Of a stretch of DNA of 64,000 nt, positions 16,123 through 24,131 are shown piece by piece. Both the position numbers and the translations under genes were made by a program. Position 1 is the first letter of the stretch. Each line of letters opens with the position of its first letter. The notes below the pieces were generated by a model. It made no database searches. It was not told the origin of the DNA and was given only the letters and a program-made list of their open reading frames with translations. This stretch comes from Chthonomonadales bacterium (lineage in GTDB: Bacteria > Armatimonadota > Chthonomonadetes > Chthonomonadales > CAJBBX01): NCBI GenBank assembly GCA_020849275.1, contig JADLGO010000064.1, forward strand, positions 6,289 through 70,288, given 5' to 3'.

Positions 16123-18069
16123 ATGATGGCGCGCACCGACGGCACGGCACGGGTCCACTCCTTCCTCACCCTGCCTCGCTCGCGAGCGGCGCGACGGCTC
16201 GCCGCGCTGCTGACGGGACCGCTGCTGCTGGCCCTCGGGCCGGGCTGCGGCTCCGGCGGCGGGCGGTCCGGCAGCACGCTCCTCGTGAACTCACTCGCCG
16301 ACACGGCGCAGCCCGCGGTCGGCACCGTGACTCTGCGCTCGGCGGTCGCCGCCGCCCGGTCAGGCGACACCATCGCCTTCGACTCCACCCTTGACGGCGG
16401 TACCATCGACCTGGCCATCGTGGGCGAAGCGCACTCGACGCTGAAGGGTGAGACCTACGCCGGGATGGCGTTCGGCGGCTATGAGGATCGCGACTACGGC
16501 CCCTCGGCCCTCTACGCCCGCAAGAACCTGGAGATCGACGCGTCGCGCCTGCCGCACGGCGTCACGCTGCGCTGGAAGGGCGGTGACGCGAGGCCGGCCC
16601 GCGTGCTGGCCGTCTACGGCGATCTGGCGATGAAAAACGTCACCGTGACCGGCGGAGTCTCGGCGGCCGGCGCGCTGGCGGGCGGCTCGCAGCCCTACAC
16701 GCTAGCTCGCGGCGGCGGGATCGCCGTATGGGGCACCGCGACGCTCCAGCGATGCACGATCGCCGGGAACCGGTGCGTCGGCGACGCCGTAGCAAGCCGC
16801 GACCGCGGCACGTATGGCGGGGGCATCTACGCGAACGGTCTCGTCCTCACCGACTGCGTGGTGAGCGGCAACTCGGCCGTGGGCTACGGCGCGGCCGGAG
16901 GCGGCATCTACTCGGTGGGCGGCGTCGAGAACGTGGGGGGGCGCGGCAACGACACCTCGCTCGCGCGGTGCACCGTCAGCGGGAACCGGGTGACTGGCCA
17001 GCACGCCTATGGCGGCGGCGTCTTCACCCTCAGCGGCGGGCCGAACAACCTGGCGACGATGTACCTGGCCAACTGCACCATCGCCCGCAACCTCGCCGAG
17101 GACAACCCGGCGCTGCCGGAGGCCGGACCGCACTACTACCGCGGCGGGGGCGTCTACATGGGCGGCGGGTCGCTCTCGGTGACGAGCTGCACCATCGTGG
17201 AGAACGAGGTGACCGGCCACGCCGCCGTGTTCTCGGGCAAGCCGAACATCGGCGGCGGAGGCATCGCCGCCACCATCGGCAACGCGCATACGGTGGAGGA
17301 CGTGTGGGTGCAGCACTCCGTGGTCGCCGGGAACCGGCTCAACGGCGCGGCGGAGGATTGGTTCGCCGGCTCCCTGCTGAACTTCACCAGCGGTGGCTAC
17401 AACCTGTTTGGCGTCCTCGACTTCACCCAGATCCTGGCGCCGTGCCCCGACTGGACCTTCCTGAGCCGCAGGCACTACCCGAAGGCGGGCGACCGTGACG
17501 GCGTCGCGCTGGCGCAGGCCCTCGATCTGGGCGGCACCACGCGTCACGCCTCCGTCGTGTCGGCGGGCACCGACGCGGGCCAGCCCGCCGTGCTCTCCTA
17601 CACGCCAGGTGCGCTGGCCCTCGACCGCATCCCGCCCGCCGCCTACGCGCTCGACTACGTCCACGCCGGCTACACGGGTTTCGGCAAGGACACCGACGAC
17701 TTCCTCAACCACGTTCTGGCTCGCGTGCGCGCGGTCTACGGCTCCACTCTCGGCGCGGGTTTCGGTGCGGGTTTCGGCGACATGACGGGCGTCACCTGGT
17801 ACGGTCCGCGCGTCGCCTGGCCGAGCGAGCCGGCCAACGCGCCGTGGATCGCCTTCTGGCGCCAGCTCGACGCCGAGATCGGCGACCGGCTCGGCATGGC
17901 GGGCCTCGGGGACGAGTTCTGGGGTAGCTTCGCCAGCGGCCCCCTGGGTGGCCAGATCACGATGCAGGTCCAACGCAGTCGCCGGACCTACCGGCTCGTC
18001 GGCGCCGACCAGGCGGGTCGGAGCCGCCCCTCCGGCGGGCGCGGCGACGTCGGCGCCATCGAGCGATAG
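16123..18069 (+). CDS. Lipoprotein with right-handed parallel beta-helix repeats (choice-of-anchor-Q-like)
   Basis: Trimmed to ATG 16123 (GGAGG 7 nt upstream). Lipobox LLLALGPGC. Repeated GGGI(Y/A)...C(T/V)(I/V)xGN turns (e.g. RCTIAGNR, DCVVSGNS, RCTVSGNR, NCTIARN, SCTIVENE) and the GGYNLFG motif. Confidence 0.7.
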   Translation: MMARTDGTARVHSFLTLPRSRAARRLAALLTGPLLLALGPGCGSGGGRSGSTLLVNSLADTAQPAVGTVTLRSAVAAARSGDTIAFDSTLDGGTIDLAIVGEAHSTLKGETYAGMAFGGYEDRDYGPSALYARKNLEIDASRLPHGVTLRWKGGDARPARVLAVYGDLAMKNVTVTGGVSAAGALAGGSQPYTLARGGGIAVWGTATLQRCTIAGNRCVGDAVASRDRGTYGGGIYANGLVLTDCVVSGNSAVGYGAAGGGIYSVGGVENVGGRGNDTSLARCTVSGNRVTGQHAYGGGVFTLSGGPNNLATMYLANCTIARNLAEDNPALPEAGPHYYRGGGVYMGGGSLSVTSCTIVENEVTGHAAVFSGKPNIGGGGIAATIGNAHTVEDVWVQHSVVAGNRLNGAAEDWFAGSLLNFTSGGYNLFGVLDFTQILAPCPDWTFLSRRHYPKAGDRDGVALAQALDLGGTTRHASVVSAGTDAGQPAVLSYTPGALALDRIPPAAYALDYVHAGYTGFGKDTDDFLNHVLARVRAVYGSTLGAGFGAGFGDMTGVTWYGPRVAWPSEPANAPWIAFWRQLDAEIGDRLGMAGLGDEFWGSFASGPLGGQITMQVQRSRRTYRLVGADQAGRSRPSGGRGDVGAIER

Positions 18070-18106
18070 GTCGCGCGCCGCGGCGCGTGATTTCCAGCGG
18101 GACCCC

Positions 18107-18135
18107 TTGACAAACGCCGCATGTCGCCCTATCAT
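18107..18135 (+). promoter_or_regulatory. Sigma70-like promoter TTGACA-17 nt-TATCAT of the LacI-led operon
   Basis: TTGACA at 18107-18112 and TATCAT at 18130-18135, spacer 17 nt, 37 nt upstream of the lacI-family ATG. Confidence 0.6.
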
Positions 18136-18136
18136 G

Positions 18137-18159
18137 AAACTAGTTTACTAAACTAGTTT
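18137..18159. promoter_or_regulatory. Putative operator: two 10-bp palindromes AAACTAGTTT (18137-18146, 18150-18159) separated by ACT
   Basis: Read directly. The whole 23-mer is itself palindromic around the central C. It starts 2 nt after the -10 hexamer, so it covers the expected transcription start. Confidence 0.6.
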
Positions 18160-18171
18160 GGCAGGCGAGAG

Positions 18172-19251
18172 ATGCGGCGCAGGTCGACGGGCAAAGACGT
18201 GGCGGAACGGGCCGGCGTGTCACTGACCACGGTCTCCTTCGTGCTGAACGGTCGGACCGACCGGGCCATCAGCGACGAGACGCGCGAGCGCGTGCTCGGC
18301 GCCGCCCGCGAGCTCGGCTACCGGCCCAACGGCCTGGTACGCGGCCTGGTACGAGGTCGCACCCAGACCGTAGGCGTCGTCGTTCCCCGCCTCGACAGCA
18401 GCTTCCACGCCACCATCGTGCAGGGCATCCAGGAGGTCTGCGCCCGTCGCGACCACCGGATTCTGCTGGCCGACTCCCGCCATGAGCTCGAGTACGAGCA
18501 GCGACAGGTGGACCTCTTGCTCGAGCACCGCGTGGACGGCATCATCTCCGTGGCGATGCCGGACGACGCGCCCGCCGAGCGCACGCGCTCCTGGGTGGGG
18601 CGGCTGGCGGCCGAGGGGGTGGCCTTCCTGGTGGTGGACGACCACTCGTTCGGCGACCTCGTGGACTGCGTCGTCTCCGATGACCTTCGCGGGGCGCGCC
18701 TGGCGGCCGAGCACCTGATCGCGCTCGGGCACCGGCGCATCGCGCATCTGAGCGCCGGGCAGGCGATGAGCTCCTCTCGCGACCGCCGCGCGGGCTACCT
18801 GGCGGCCCTCGCCGCCGCAGGCGTTGCGCCGGACGAGCGCCTGATCGCCGGCGGATCCTACTTTCTGCGCGCCGAGGAGCTGCGCCGGGCCGCCGAGGCG
18901 CTCCTCGCGCTCCCCGACCGCCCCACCGCCCTCTTCGCCGCCAACGACGACCTGGCGGCCGAGGCGATCGCCGCCGCGCGCGACCTCGGCCTGCATGTGC
19001 CTGGCGACCTGGCCGTGGCGGGCTACGGCAACACGGAGGTCGGCCGTCACTTGGAGATCACCAGCATCCATCAGGAGCCGCTGGAGATGGGCCGGCGCGC
19101 CGCCCTGCGGCTCTCGACCCGCCTGGAGGAGCGGGACCTGCCTCCCGAGATCGAGCTTCTCCCCGTGCGTCTCGTCGTCCGCGCGTCCTCGGGCGCGCGG
19201 AACCTCGCGGCCGCCCCTCCTGCCGGCCGCGCCGCTTCGGACAGCGCCTGA
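18172..19251 (+). CDS. LacI family transcriptional regulator
   Basis: N-terminal [24 protein letters not shown], then a periplasmic-binding-protein-like sugar-binding fold (VDGIISVAM..., [14 protein letters not shown]..., VAGYGN). Confidence 0.9.
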   Translation: MRRRSTGKDVAERAGVSLTTVSFVLNGRTDRAISDETRERVLGAARELGYRPNGLVRGLVRGRTQTVGVVVPRLDSSFHATIVQGIQEVCARRDHRILLADSRHELEYEQRQVDLLLEHRVDGIISVAMPDDAPAERTRSWVGRLAAEGVAFLVVDDHSFGDLVDCVVSDDLRGARLAAEHLIALGHRRIAHLSAGQAMSSSRDRRAGYLAALAAAGVAPDERLIAGGSYFLRAEELRRAAEALLALPDRPTALFAANDDLAAEAIAAARDLGLHVPGDLAVAGYGNTEVGRHLEITSIHQEPLEMGRRAALRLSTRLEERDLPPEIELLPVRLVVRASSGARNLAAAPPAGRAASDSA

Positions 19252-19315
19252 GCGCCCCTGGACGGGCGCGGCGCAGCAGGCATCGACACTCGCCCATACA
19301 AGGAGGCTCCACGCC

Positions 19316-20101
19316 ATGCGACGCAGAAGGACCGGCTTCACCCTGATCGAGCTACTCGTCGTCATCGCCATCATCGCGATCCTCGCGGCCATCCTGTTCC
19401 CGGTGTTCGCCCAGGCCCGCGAGAAGGCCCGCGCCGTCTCCTGCCTCAGCAACATGAAGCAGGTCAGCCTGGCGATGCTGATGTACGCGCAGGACTCCGA
19501 CGAGAGCTTCGCAATCAACCGGCGCTTCGGGCCCGATCCGGCGGCGCCCCAGTGGTACTACACCTGGCGCTACGCCGTGCAGCCCTACGTCAAGAGCGAC
19601 CCGCTCTGGCTCTGCGGCTCCGCTCCGCAGCACCTCAACGAGTTCAAGTGGACCGAGCTCAACGGGCCATTCATCGTGCCGCAGGGCTGCATCGCGGACG
19701 GATCAATGACCATCGACGACTACAACGCCACCCCGCGGCGTTGGCGCGGCTTCGCCAACTACGCCTCCAACGGCCACTGGTCGTGGTACGACAATCGCCT
19801 GGGCCTGGCCTACTTCGAGAAGCCCGCGGGCATCATCCTCCTCGTTGACATGCGCGACTTCTGGCCCGACATGGAGGCCTGGACGATCCCCTGGAACTTC
19901 GGCGACGGCTACGGCGCCATCGGCTGCTACCACAGCCGGGGCAACAACTGGGCCTTTGTCGACGGGCACGTCAAGTGGCAGCGCATCGCGCAGACGCTGG
20001 CCCCCGATTTCCAGTGGAACAACTACGCCGAGACCGACATGCCGGGAATTCCCTACACTGTCGCCGGCTTGCAGGCAGCCATCCCGCCCGCGTGCCGCTG
20101 A
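19316..20101 (+). CDS. Prepilin-type N-terminal cleavage/methylation domain protein with DUF1559-like body and H-X9-DG motif
   Basis: Track ORF trimmed to ATG 19316 (AGGAGG 9 nt upstream). MRRRRTG|[32 protein letters not shown], then [22 protein letters not shown], then the C-terminal [13 protein letters not shown] (H-X9-DG). Confidence 0.85.
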   Translation: MRRRRTGFTLIELLVVIAIIAILAAILFPVFAQAREKARAVSCLSNMKQVSLAMLMYAQDSDESFAINRRFGPDPAAPQWYYTWRYAVQPYVKSDPLWLCGSAPQHLNEFKWTELNGPFIVPQGCIADGSMTIDDYNATPRRWRGFANYASNGHWSWYDNRLGLAYFEKPAGIILLVDMRDFWPDMEAWTIPWNFGDGYGAIGCYHSRGNNWAFVDGHVKWQRIAQTLAPDFQWNNYAETDMPGIPYTVAGLQAAIPPACR

Positions 20102-20112
20102 AGCGCCGCTCC

Positions 20113-20143
20113 GGAGCCCGGCCCGCCGGCCGGGCCGGGCTCC
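20113..20143 (+). promoter_or_regulatory. GC-rich stem-loop inside the operon (possible attenuator or RNA-stability element)
   Basis: GGAGCCCGGCC (20113-20123) pairs perfectly with GGCCGGGCTCC (20133-20143) around a 9-nt loop. It lies between the pseudopilin-like stop (20101) and the next start (20169). There is no U-tract. Confidence 0.4.
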
Positions 20144-20168
20144 CCGCGCCGCCGAGAGGAGCGCACCC

Positions 20169-20384
20169 ATGCGAAGGGAGATCCCCGCGCCCGTGGTGAT
20201 CGGCATTCTGGTGGTGATCCTGGGCGCCATCGGCCTGGTCGTCTTCCGGTCCTTCCAGGGCCCCCCGGAGGGCACCGGGATCAGCGACGCGGACCTGCGC
20301 AAGCAGGTACAGTACCGGCAGCAGCACGGCATGCTGCCGACCGGCGCACCGCCGCCGGAAGGCCGGCCGCCCGCCCGCCGGTAG
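20169..20384 (+). CDS. Small single-pass membrane protein (71 aa)
   Basis: ATG 20169 with GAGAGGAG 7 nt upstream. MRREIPAPVVIGILVVILGAIGLVVFRSF, then a Pro/Gly-rich tail. Analogous in position and topology to 25451-25756. Confidence 0.55.
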   Translation: MRREIPAPVVIGILVVILGAIGLVVFRSFQGPPEGTGISDADLRKQVQYRQQHGMLPTGAPPPEGRPPARR

Positions 20385-20405
20385 GGGGCCGGAGGGAGCC
20401 CTATC

Positions 20406-21239
20406 ATGCGTACCGAACCAACGCCGGAGGAGATCGCCGCCTACCGCGACGACGGCTTCGTGGTGCTGCACGGCTTCCTCGAACCCGCCGAGCTGGAGGA
20501 GTGGCGCGCGGCCGTGGAGGAGGCCGTCGCGGCGCGGCAGGGAGCCGGCCTGCCGGGCGGCCGGTGGCGGCGCGACGAGGAGCACTCGGACGACTACTAC
20601 GAGCGCGTGTTCGTGCAGCGTGTGAACCTCTGGATGGATAGCCCGCGCCTGCGCGGCCTGCTGCTCGATGAGCGCATCGGCCGCCTGGCCGCCGACCTGG
20701 CCGGCGTGGGCGGCGTGCGAATCTGGCACGATCAGGCGCTCATCAAGCCGCCGTGGGCCAACCCGACGGCATGGCACCTCGACGCGCCGTACTGGTCGTT
20801 CTCCTCGCGCGACGCCATCAGCCTCTGGCTCGCGCTCGACGACGCCACCGTGCGCAACGGATGCATGTACTTTCTGCCCGGTACCCACCGGCGGGCCACC
20901 TACGACAACGTGTCGATCGGGCGCAACCTGGGCGCGCTCTTCGGGGTCTATCCCGACTGGGCCTCGGAGGAGCCGCGTGCCGCCGAAATGCGCGCCGGCT
21001 CGTGCTCGTTCCACAACGGACTGGTGGCGCACGCGGCGGGACCCAACATGACTCCCCGGCCGCGCCGGGCGATGACGTGCGGCTTCATGCCGGACGGAGC
21101 GACCTTCAACGGCAAGCAGAACATCCTTTCGGACGCGCAGGTCGCCCGGCTCACGGTTGGCGATCCGCTGACGGACGAGCGGCAGAACCCCCTGGTCTTC
21201 TCGCGGGGCTCCGGCGCCGGGCAAGGAGGGCCGCATTGA
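20406..21239 (+). CDS. Phytanoyl-CoA dioxygenase (PhyH) family Fe(II)/2-oxoglutarate oxygenase
   Basis: GGAGGGAG 8 nt upstream. YRDDGFVVLHGFL, an HxD triad element in WHLDAPYW and a distal His in SFHNGLVAHAAGPN. Confidence 0.75.
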   Translation: MRTEPTPEEIAAYRDDGFVVLHGFLEPAELEEWRAAVEEAVAARQGAGLPGGRWRRDEEHSDDYYERVFVQRVNLWMDSPRLRGLLLDERIGRLAADLAGVGGVRIWHDQALIKPPWANPTAWHLDAPYWSFSSRDAISLWLALDDATVRNGCMYFLPGTHRRATYDNVSIGRNLGALFGVYPDWASEEPRAAEMRAGSCSFHNGLVAHAAGPNMTPRPRRAMTCGFMPDGATFNGKQNILSDAQVARLTVGDPLTDERQNPLVFSRGSGAGQGGPH

Positions 21240-22177
21240 GCGCGCACGCCCCGGAGCCCGTGGACTCGCCGGAGCCGGCGGCGACCGCGGAGCGAGCGCC
21301 GCGTCGCCGCGTACTGCTGACGACCGACTGCGGGACCGAGATGGACGATCAGTGGGCGCTGGCGCACCTGGCGCTCTCGCCGGAGTGGGACCTGGTGGGC
21401 GTCGTGACGACGCACGCGCCCAACCTGGCCGGTTCCGCCGCCGAGCGGACGGCCGAGGCGGCGCGCGAGGTGCTGCGGCGCGTCGCGCCGGGGTGCGGCG
21501 TGGAGGTGCGCGCGGGCTCCAGCGTCCCCCTGCCGGACGCGAGGACACCACTCGCGAACCGGGGCGTCGAGCGCATCCTGGAGCGCGCGGCAGTGCGCGG
21601 GCCGGAAGGGCGCCTGACGGTGCTTGCCATCGGCGCGGCCACCGACGTCGCTTCCGCCCTGCTGGCGGACCCCACGCTGGCGGAGCGGATCGAGGTCGTG
21701 GCGATGGGGTTCCAGGGCCGCAGTGTCGGTGGCGACGAGTGGAACGTGAAGAACGACCCGGCGGCCTGGCGGGTGCTCCTGGGGTCGCGCGTGCCGCTGA
21801 CGGTGGGCGCCGCGGACGTCTGCAAGCGCCGCCTTCTGATGACCGGCGAGCGGGCCTGCGATCGGTTCGCGGGCCGCGGGCCGGTCGGCCGCTACCTCGC
21901 CGACCTGCTGATCGAGTGGCTCGGCGCCAACGGCGCGACGGCCAGCCTCGTCACCGGTCGGTCGGACGCCTGGCCCGTGTGGGACGAGATCGTCGTCGCG
22001 CACCTACTCGGGCTCTCCGCCGTGCGCCGGCATCCGCGCCCCCTGCTCCGCGAGGATCTGACCTTCGGAAGCCGGTCCGACGCGGCCGCGGACCGGGGCA
22101 TCGACTGGATCACGGACGTCGACGATGCGGGCCTTTGGGAGGACCTGGCCGGCAAGCTGCTCCCTGGTGGTCGGTAG
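21236..22177 (+). CDS. Nucleoside-hydrolase-fold protein with a divergent Asp-cluster motif
   Basis: No in-frame ATG near the 5' end. TTG at 21236 overlaps the PhyH stop (TTGA) and has AAGGAGGG 5 nt upstream. VLLTTDCGTEMDDQWALAHL occupies the position of the canonical DxDxxxDD motif. Confidence 0.6.
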   Translation: MSAHAPEPVDSPEPAATAERAPRRRVLLTTDCGTEMDDQWALAHLALSPEWDLVGVVTTHAPNLAGSAAERTAEAAREVLRRVAPGCGVEVRAGSSVPLPDARTPLANRGVERILERAAVRGPEGRLTVLAIGAATDVASALLADPTLAERIEVVAMGFQGRSVGGDEWNVKNDPAAWRVLLGSRVPLTVGAADVCKRRLLMTGERACDRFAGRGPVGRYLADLLIEWLGANGATASLVTGRSDAWPVWDEIVVAHLLGLSAVRRHPRPLLREDLTFGSRSDAAADRGIDWITDVDDAGLWEDLAGKLLPGGR

Positions 22178-24098
22178 GAGCGAGCCGACGCCGCGCGCCG
22201 GCGCGAGTGTCCCCCCGGAGCGCGCGCTGGCGCCCCCCGGCCGTCGTGCGGGGGGTTCGCTCACGGCGGCGGCCTGGGTCGGCGTCGCCCTGGCGCCCCT
22301 CGTCTGCATCTGGGTGTTCCGCGCCGAGATCCTCTACCACTCGGCCGACCTGGCGTCCAACGCGCTGAGCCTTGCGGCGGTGGGGGTGCTGCTCGTCCTG
22401 CTGGCCCTGCGCGCCATCCTCCCGCGCCTTCTGAGCGCCCGCCGCGTGCTGCTGATCTACGCCGCGGTCGCCGGCACGGTGGGAATCTGCACGATGGGGA
22501 TGGTGCAGTTCCTGATCACCACTCTGGCCGCGCCGTTCTGGTTCGCCAGTCCGTCCAATCGCTGGCAGGAGTTCCTGCCGCTGATCCCGGCCTGGGCCGC
22601 GCCCCGGTCGCCCGAGGTGGTGCGCGGGTTCTTTCTTGGCCGCTCCAGCCTCTACGCCCCCGGGGTGTGGCGGGCCTGGCTGACGCCGGCGCTCGCCTGG
22701 GGAGCGTTCCTGGCCGCGCTGCTGGCGGCACAGTACTGCCTGGCGCACCTCTTCTACCCGCGCTGGGCGCGGCAGGAGCGGCTCGCCTTTCCGGTGGTGC
22801 AGGTGCCCTTGGCGCTCGTGAACGCAGGCGCGTCCGGCCGCGGCGCGCTGCTCGCCGGCGCCGGGATCGCGCTCGCCGTGCAGGGGCTCAACACCGTCCA
22901 TCACGCCGTGCCGGCCGTGCCGGGGCTGCGCGTGCTGCCCGTGGAGTTCGGCTCCACCCTGCCGGAGCCGTGGAACGCGGTCGGCACGCTGTGGTACAGC
23001 TTCTACCCCTGCATCATCGGCCTTTCGGCGCTCGTGCCCACCAACATCCTCTTCTCGTGCGTGTTCTTCTTTCTCCTGACCAAAGGCGAGAACGTGGCGG
23101 CGCAGGTCTGGGGCCTGCGGCAGGTCGGGCCGGCCGGCGCCGGATTCCCCTACGGCGGCGAGCAGGCGCAGGGCGCCGTGCTGGCGTTGGTGCTCGTGAT
23201 CGTCTGGTCGGCCCGCGCTTCGCTGCGCGCCTCCCTTCGGCGTCCGACGGACCGCGCCGCCTGGGCGGTGCTGGCCCTCGCGACCGCGGCCCTGTGCGGC
23301 TTCGGCCTGGCCCTCGGCATGCGGCCGGTTTCGGTCGGCCTGCTGTTCGGGCTGTTCCTGCTCTTCATGCTGGGCTGCGCCTGGCTGCGGGCGGCCGTCG
23401 GGCCGGTGTGGAACCCGGGCAACGATGTGGCCTGGTGGGTGCGCGGCGTGGCCGCCGGCGGCCTGACGCCGGCCGACGGCGTCGGGTTGGCCTACCTGCG
23501 CTGGTTCTCGTTCGGCGATTGGCGGGCGCATGGCCTGCCGACGTACGCGGACATGATGCGGCTCTCCGAGGCGGCCGGGATCCCCCGGCGGCGGCTCGCC
23601 GGCGTGCTGGCGGCGGGCTCGCTCCTCGGAATCCTCGCCAGCCTGTGGGTCGCGCTGGACGTCTACTACCGCTACGGGGCCGCCACGGCGCTGACCGACC
23701 CGTGGCGCACCTACCAGGGGCGTCTCGCCTTCGAGAATCTGCGCTCGCAGATGGACGGCGTGGCGCCCGCGCCGGACCTGCCGCAGTGGGAGGCGGCCGC
23801 GTTCGGCCTCCTCGCGGTTCTGCTGCTGCAGGGCGCCAACAACCGGCTGCTCTGGTGGCCGTGGCACCCGGCGGGGTTCGTGATGGCGCAGACCGGCTCG
23901 CTCGAGTGGTTCTGGTGCCCGATGGCCATCGCGGGCGTCGCCAAGGCGCTGATCCTGCGCGCCGGCGGCATGCGCCTCTACCACCGCGCGCTGCCCTTCT
24001 TCGTCGGCCTGATCCTGGGCGACTACGCCCTCAGCGTGGCGCTGGCCCTCGTCGGCGCCGCGCTGCGTCTACCCATGTACAAACCCTTCCCGATCTGA
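22125..24098 (+). CDS. Large polytopic membrane protein (at least 12 predicted TM segments), family unknown
   Basis: A long run of hydrophobic helices, e.g. AAWVGVALAPLVCIWVF, LLIYAAVAGTVGICTMGMVQFLI, ILFSCVFFFLLT, VSVGLLFGLFLLFMLGCAWL. The start is uncertain: ATG 22125 overlaps the upstream gene by 53 nt, and GTG 22167 is an alternative. Confidence 0.65.
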   Translation: MRAFGRTWPASCSLVVGRSEPTPRAGASVPPERALAPPGRRAGGSLTAAAWVGVALAPLVCIWVFRAEILYHSADLASNALSLAAVGVLLVLLALRAILPRLLSARRVLLIYAAVAGTVGICTMGMVQFLITTLAAPFWFASPSNRWQEFLPLIPAWAAPRSPEVVRGFFLGRSSLYAPGVWRAWLTPALAWGAFLAALLAAQYCLAHLFYPRWARQERLAFPVVQVPLALVNAGASGRGALLAGAGIALAVQGLNTVHHAVPAVPGLRVLPVEFGSTLPEPWNAVGTLWYSFYPCIIGLSALVPTNILFSCVFFFLLTKGENVAAQVWGLRQVGPAGAGFPYGGEQAQGAVLALVLVIVWSARASLRASLRRPTDRAAWAVLALATAALCGFGLALGMRPVSVGLLFGLFLLFMLGCAWLRAAVGPVWNPGNDVAWWVRGVAAGGLTPADGVGLAYLRWFSFGDWRAHGLPTYADMMRLSEAAGIPRRRLAGVLAAGSLLGILASLWVALDVYYRYGAATALTDPWRTYQGRLAFENLRSQMDGVAPAPDLPQWEAAAFGLLAVLLLQGANNRLLWWPWHPAGFVMAQTGSLEWFWCPMAIAGVAKALILRAGGMRLYHRALPFFVGLILGDYALSVALALVGAALRLPMYKPFPI

Positions 24099-24131
24099 TT
24101 GGCGGTGCGCGACGCGCCCGACACATGAACG

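Noticed and set aside
18072-18095. Possible intrinsic terminator (CGCGC..GCGCG followed by TGATTT) after the beta-helix gene
   Set aside because: The pairing is only 5 bp around a 2-4-nt loop and the T-run is 3 nt. This is too weak to call.
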